The notes under the pieces were generated by a model. It worked only from the letters and a program-made list of their open reading frames with translations. It did not search any database and had not been told where the DNA came from. 7,989 nucleotides of DNA from a virus (lineage: Duplodnaviria; Heunggongvirae; Uroviricota; Caudoviricetes), in the IMG/VR virus record IMGVR_UViG_2630968500_000011, positions 1 to 7,989 of that record. One strand, given 5' to 3'. Both the position numbers and the translations under genes were made by a program. Below, one piece after another: positions 6,135 through 7,989 of this stretch (position 1 is the stretch's first letter; each line of letters begins with the position of its first letter).

Positions 6135-6668
6135 CTACTGAGCAAATTTAAGAAAGATATCCTGCAGCTCATCAATGACTGCAGACATCACATAACCGCA
6201 CTGTTCCATGCGGAAACCAAAAGACTCGTAATACTGCACCAGTTCTGGTACTGGCTCTACAATGTGGACAACTTTACATTCAACAGCTTTACAAAATATA
6301 AAAGCACTCATAAGAGTGAGTAAAACCATGCGCCCTTTCAATGGGTGAGATTCATCTTCTCTAGAAAACCTTTCGATCATATGGATACGAAAGATGTTTT
6401 CTTCAACCCCATAAACACAAATTGCTGCTCCTGATGGTATTCCCTGAACCCGACCTTGCTGAACAAGTTTTATGCAGAACTCATACTTTTCTCTGGAGTT
6501 GCCATAGGTACTTAACGCATAGTCCCATTCAAGCTCACCATAGCCACCACACAGAATCTTGTAATCATCATCACTGAGCGGACCAACAGCAAGAGGTAAG
6601 CCGACATGATCAATAATCAACTGGATATTGTTACGTACTGATTGACCTATCTCGTCCAGGGTAAGCAT
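6135..6668 (-). CDS. hypothetical protein (177 aa), AT-rich gene; tentative GNAT-related / acyltransferase-like fold
   Basis: ORF 6135..6671 minus; the second ATG (6668..6666) is better placed behind GAGAGG. The ELEWDY and IERFSRE segments and a C-terminal beta-alpha pattern (KVVHIVEPVPELVQYYESFGF) loosely resemble GNAT-fold or LuxI-type acyltransferases. Weak, memory-based. Confidence 0.6.
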   Translation of the reverse strand: MLTLDEIGQSVRNNIQLIIDHVGLPLAVGPLSDDDYKILCGGYGELEWDYALSTYGNSREKYEFCIKLVQQGRVQGIPSGAAICVYGVEENIFRIHMIERFSREDESHPLKGRMVLLTLMSAFIFCKAVECKVVHIVEPVPELVQYYESFGFRMEQCGYVMSAVIDELQDIFLKFAQ

Positions 6669-6700
6669 CATGGCCTCTCAAGCGGAACACTAAAAGTCGC

Positions 6701-6706
6701 ATTATA
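6701..6706 (-). promoter_or_regulatory. candidate -10 hexamer (TATAAT on minus strand) for the 177-aa gene
   Basis: Perfect TATAAT on the minus strand, 29 nt upstream of the start codon. No convincing -35 element. Confidence 0.25.
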
Positions 6707-7218
6707 TCTCATTCTTAAGCCGCGTATGGATTACACCTTGAAATGAAAACGCCGGGTTCCCAATAGGCTCCCACAGAGTGTATAACTACTTGTTTTTCAA
6801 CAACGGTACATCCTATCGAGCATTGGTGCAACGCTAAACCGACCACTCCAGTGAACGTCAGTTTTTTCAGGCATTGCGCTGGTTTGGTTGATTTTTTGCA
6901 TTTCAGAATTACCGTGCATTTTCAAATGTAGAGATTATTTTATCGATATATCATGGGGTTATGTTATTCAGCATCACTGTTCAGGAGGCTCAATAGCGGG
7001 GTACTATACCATAACAACAGGAAGCGCCTGTCTCATTGCAAAAGAAAATTGAGATCCTCTCAAGGCATGAAGCTCTCACGAAGTGATGGAAATAATCTTA
7101 TTAGCCGTTAACTTTGTTAAGGCCAATGATAAACAATCCAGGTTCGACGATAAATAAAAAATCACACATTAAACTCTGGTAATATATCTCCCTGCTAATA
7201 GCATTGATAGAGAAAAAA

Positions 7219-7245
7219 GAACCCAATAAATATTGGGTCCTTTTA
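7219..7245. terminator. candidate intrinsic terminator downstream of the truncated minus-strand gene (bidirectional-looking)
   Basis: Stem ACCCAA / TTGGGT (7221-7226 / 7233-7238) with 6-nt loop. Flanked by TCTTTTTTCT on the minus strand and CCTTTT on the plus strand. Lies 37 nt downstream of the stop at 7282-7284. Confidence 0.5.
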
Positions 7246-7281
7246 TATAATGCCTTCCATACTATCGAAGAACTTCACATA

Positions 7282-7989
7282 TTATTTCTCCGATTTAACC
7301 CCGAACAAATCATAAATTAATTTAGAAGTGTCTGTAAGTATTTTAATCTCTTCCTTTGAGGTTGGGTCAAACGACTTCGCGAAGCTAATTAATTGTGGTG
7401 CAGCATCTCGCATTTTGCTTAAAATATCAGGATCGAGCGTTCCTTCATTCACCAGATGTGACATCTTATCCAGATAGCCATCAAAATTCATTTCTCCCCC
7501 ATCAGCCAGACGCTTCATCTCTCCCAGGTACTTCTTCATATCACGTTGAGATAATTTTTCAAACTGAGCTTTCAGGTAGCTCTCATTATTTTCATTAATA
7601 TACACTGTTTCTGATAAATCTGCGTAGGCACTAGAATATGAAAGTGAAATTAACAGCGAAGCAAATAATTTTAAGCTGTTGTCATCATGTTCCTGGCAGG
7701 CATTAACAAACGTTAAAAAACCAGAACCTATTGCTTGAAAATGTATATTCGCTAAAGGTTCATTATCCTTAGATTCCTCATAAAATAGCTGAACCGTGGA
7801 GGGAAGGTCATTCTTAGTTTCTACATCAAAAGTACATTGTTCAATGGGCATTGCATCTTTATTATCCCCAAGATTACATATACTATTAATCGCGAAATGA
7901 AAAATAGCCCGGTCAACAACTGATGCAATAAAGTCACGATCGTTTAAATCCTCATCAGTGCAATCGTCAATATACTTATTGACCCACAT
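7282..7989 (-). CDS. C-terminal part (at least 235 aa) of a hypothetical protein on AT-rich DNA; gene continues beyond the window end
   Basis: Minus-strand frame open from the window edge to TAA at 7284..7282. Coding-like composition. The Met at the edge may be internal. No family recognised. Confidence 0.6.
   Translation of the reverse strand: MWVNKYIDDCTDEDLNDRDFIASVVDRAIFHFAINSICNLGDNKDAMPIEQCTFDVETKNDLPSTVQLFYEESKDNEPLANIHFQAIGSGFLTFVNACQEHDDNSLKLFASLLISLSYSSAYADLSETVYINENNESYLKAQFEKLSQRDMKKYLGEMKRLADGGEMNFDGYLDKMSHLVNEGTLDPDILSKMRDAAPQLISFAKSFDPTSKEEIKILTDTSKLIYDLFGVKSEK

Noticed and set aside
6797-7111. Small ORFs in the AT-rich spacer (minus 6797..6919, 40 aa; plus 6953..7111, 52 aa)
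   Set aside because: No Shine-Dalgarno sequences and low-complexity translations. Checked as possible antitoxin partners for the 177-aa gene but not credible.
7140-7146. GGTTCGA T-loop-like motif as a possible tRNA fragment or att core
   Set aside because: No complementary T-stem or acceptor stem around it. No tRNA-like 3' end (CCA-proximal sequence) was found anywhere in 5720-7281.
7395-7598. Plus-strand ORF of 67 aa
   Set aside because: Antisense to the minus-strand gene 7282..7989, Ser/Pro/His-rich, no RBS.

Overview
The window reads as the right arm of an enterobacterial lambdoid prophage, followed by an AT-rich cargo or flanking segment. The prophage assignment, and its resemblance to KplE1/CPS-53 of E. 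coli K-12, is an inference from gene content, recalled from memory and not searched. (1) 1-412: two minus-strand genes, one running off the window, divergent from the main operon. (2) 413-835: an unusually long GC-rich untranslated leader containing a terminator-like hairpin and a 15-bp perfect inverted repeat directly upstream of the first operon gene. (3) 836-5717: a tightly packed plus-strand operon of eight genes, several with 4-nt stop/start overlaps: RdgC-like protein, YfdR-type HD-domain 5'-deoxynucleotidase, an Ala/Glu-rich hypothetical, an Ea22-like protein, a small putative papain-fold (C39-like) peptidase, a DUF551 protein, a DEDDh 3'-5' exonuclease and a PrtN-family DNA-binding protein, ending at a strong bidirectional terminator. 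(4) 5765-5938: a 57-aa minus-strand ORF absent from the ORF track. (5) 6135-7989: a markedly AT-richer segment with two minus-strand genes of unknown function (177 aa, and at least 235 aa running off the window) separated by a 610-bp A/T-tract-rich spacer. No integrase, tRNA, rRNA, CRISPR array or IS element is visible. The best candidates for something undescribed are the AT-rich cassette at 6135-7989 and the peptidase / DUF551 / exonuclease block inside the operon; neither can be assigned a function from sequence alone. All family assignments rest on remembered motifs and need HMM or structure searches.
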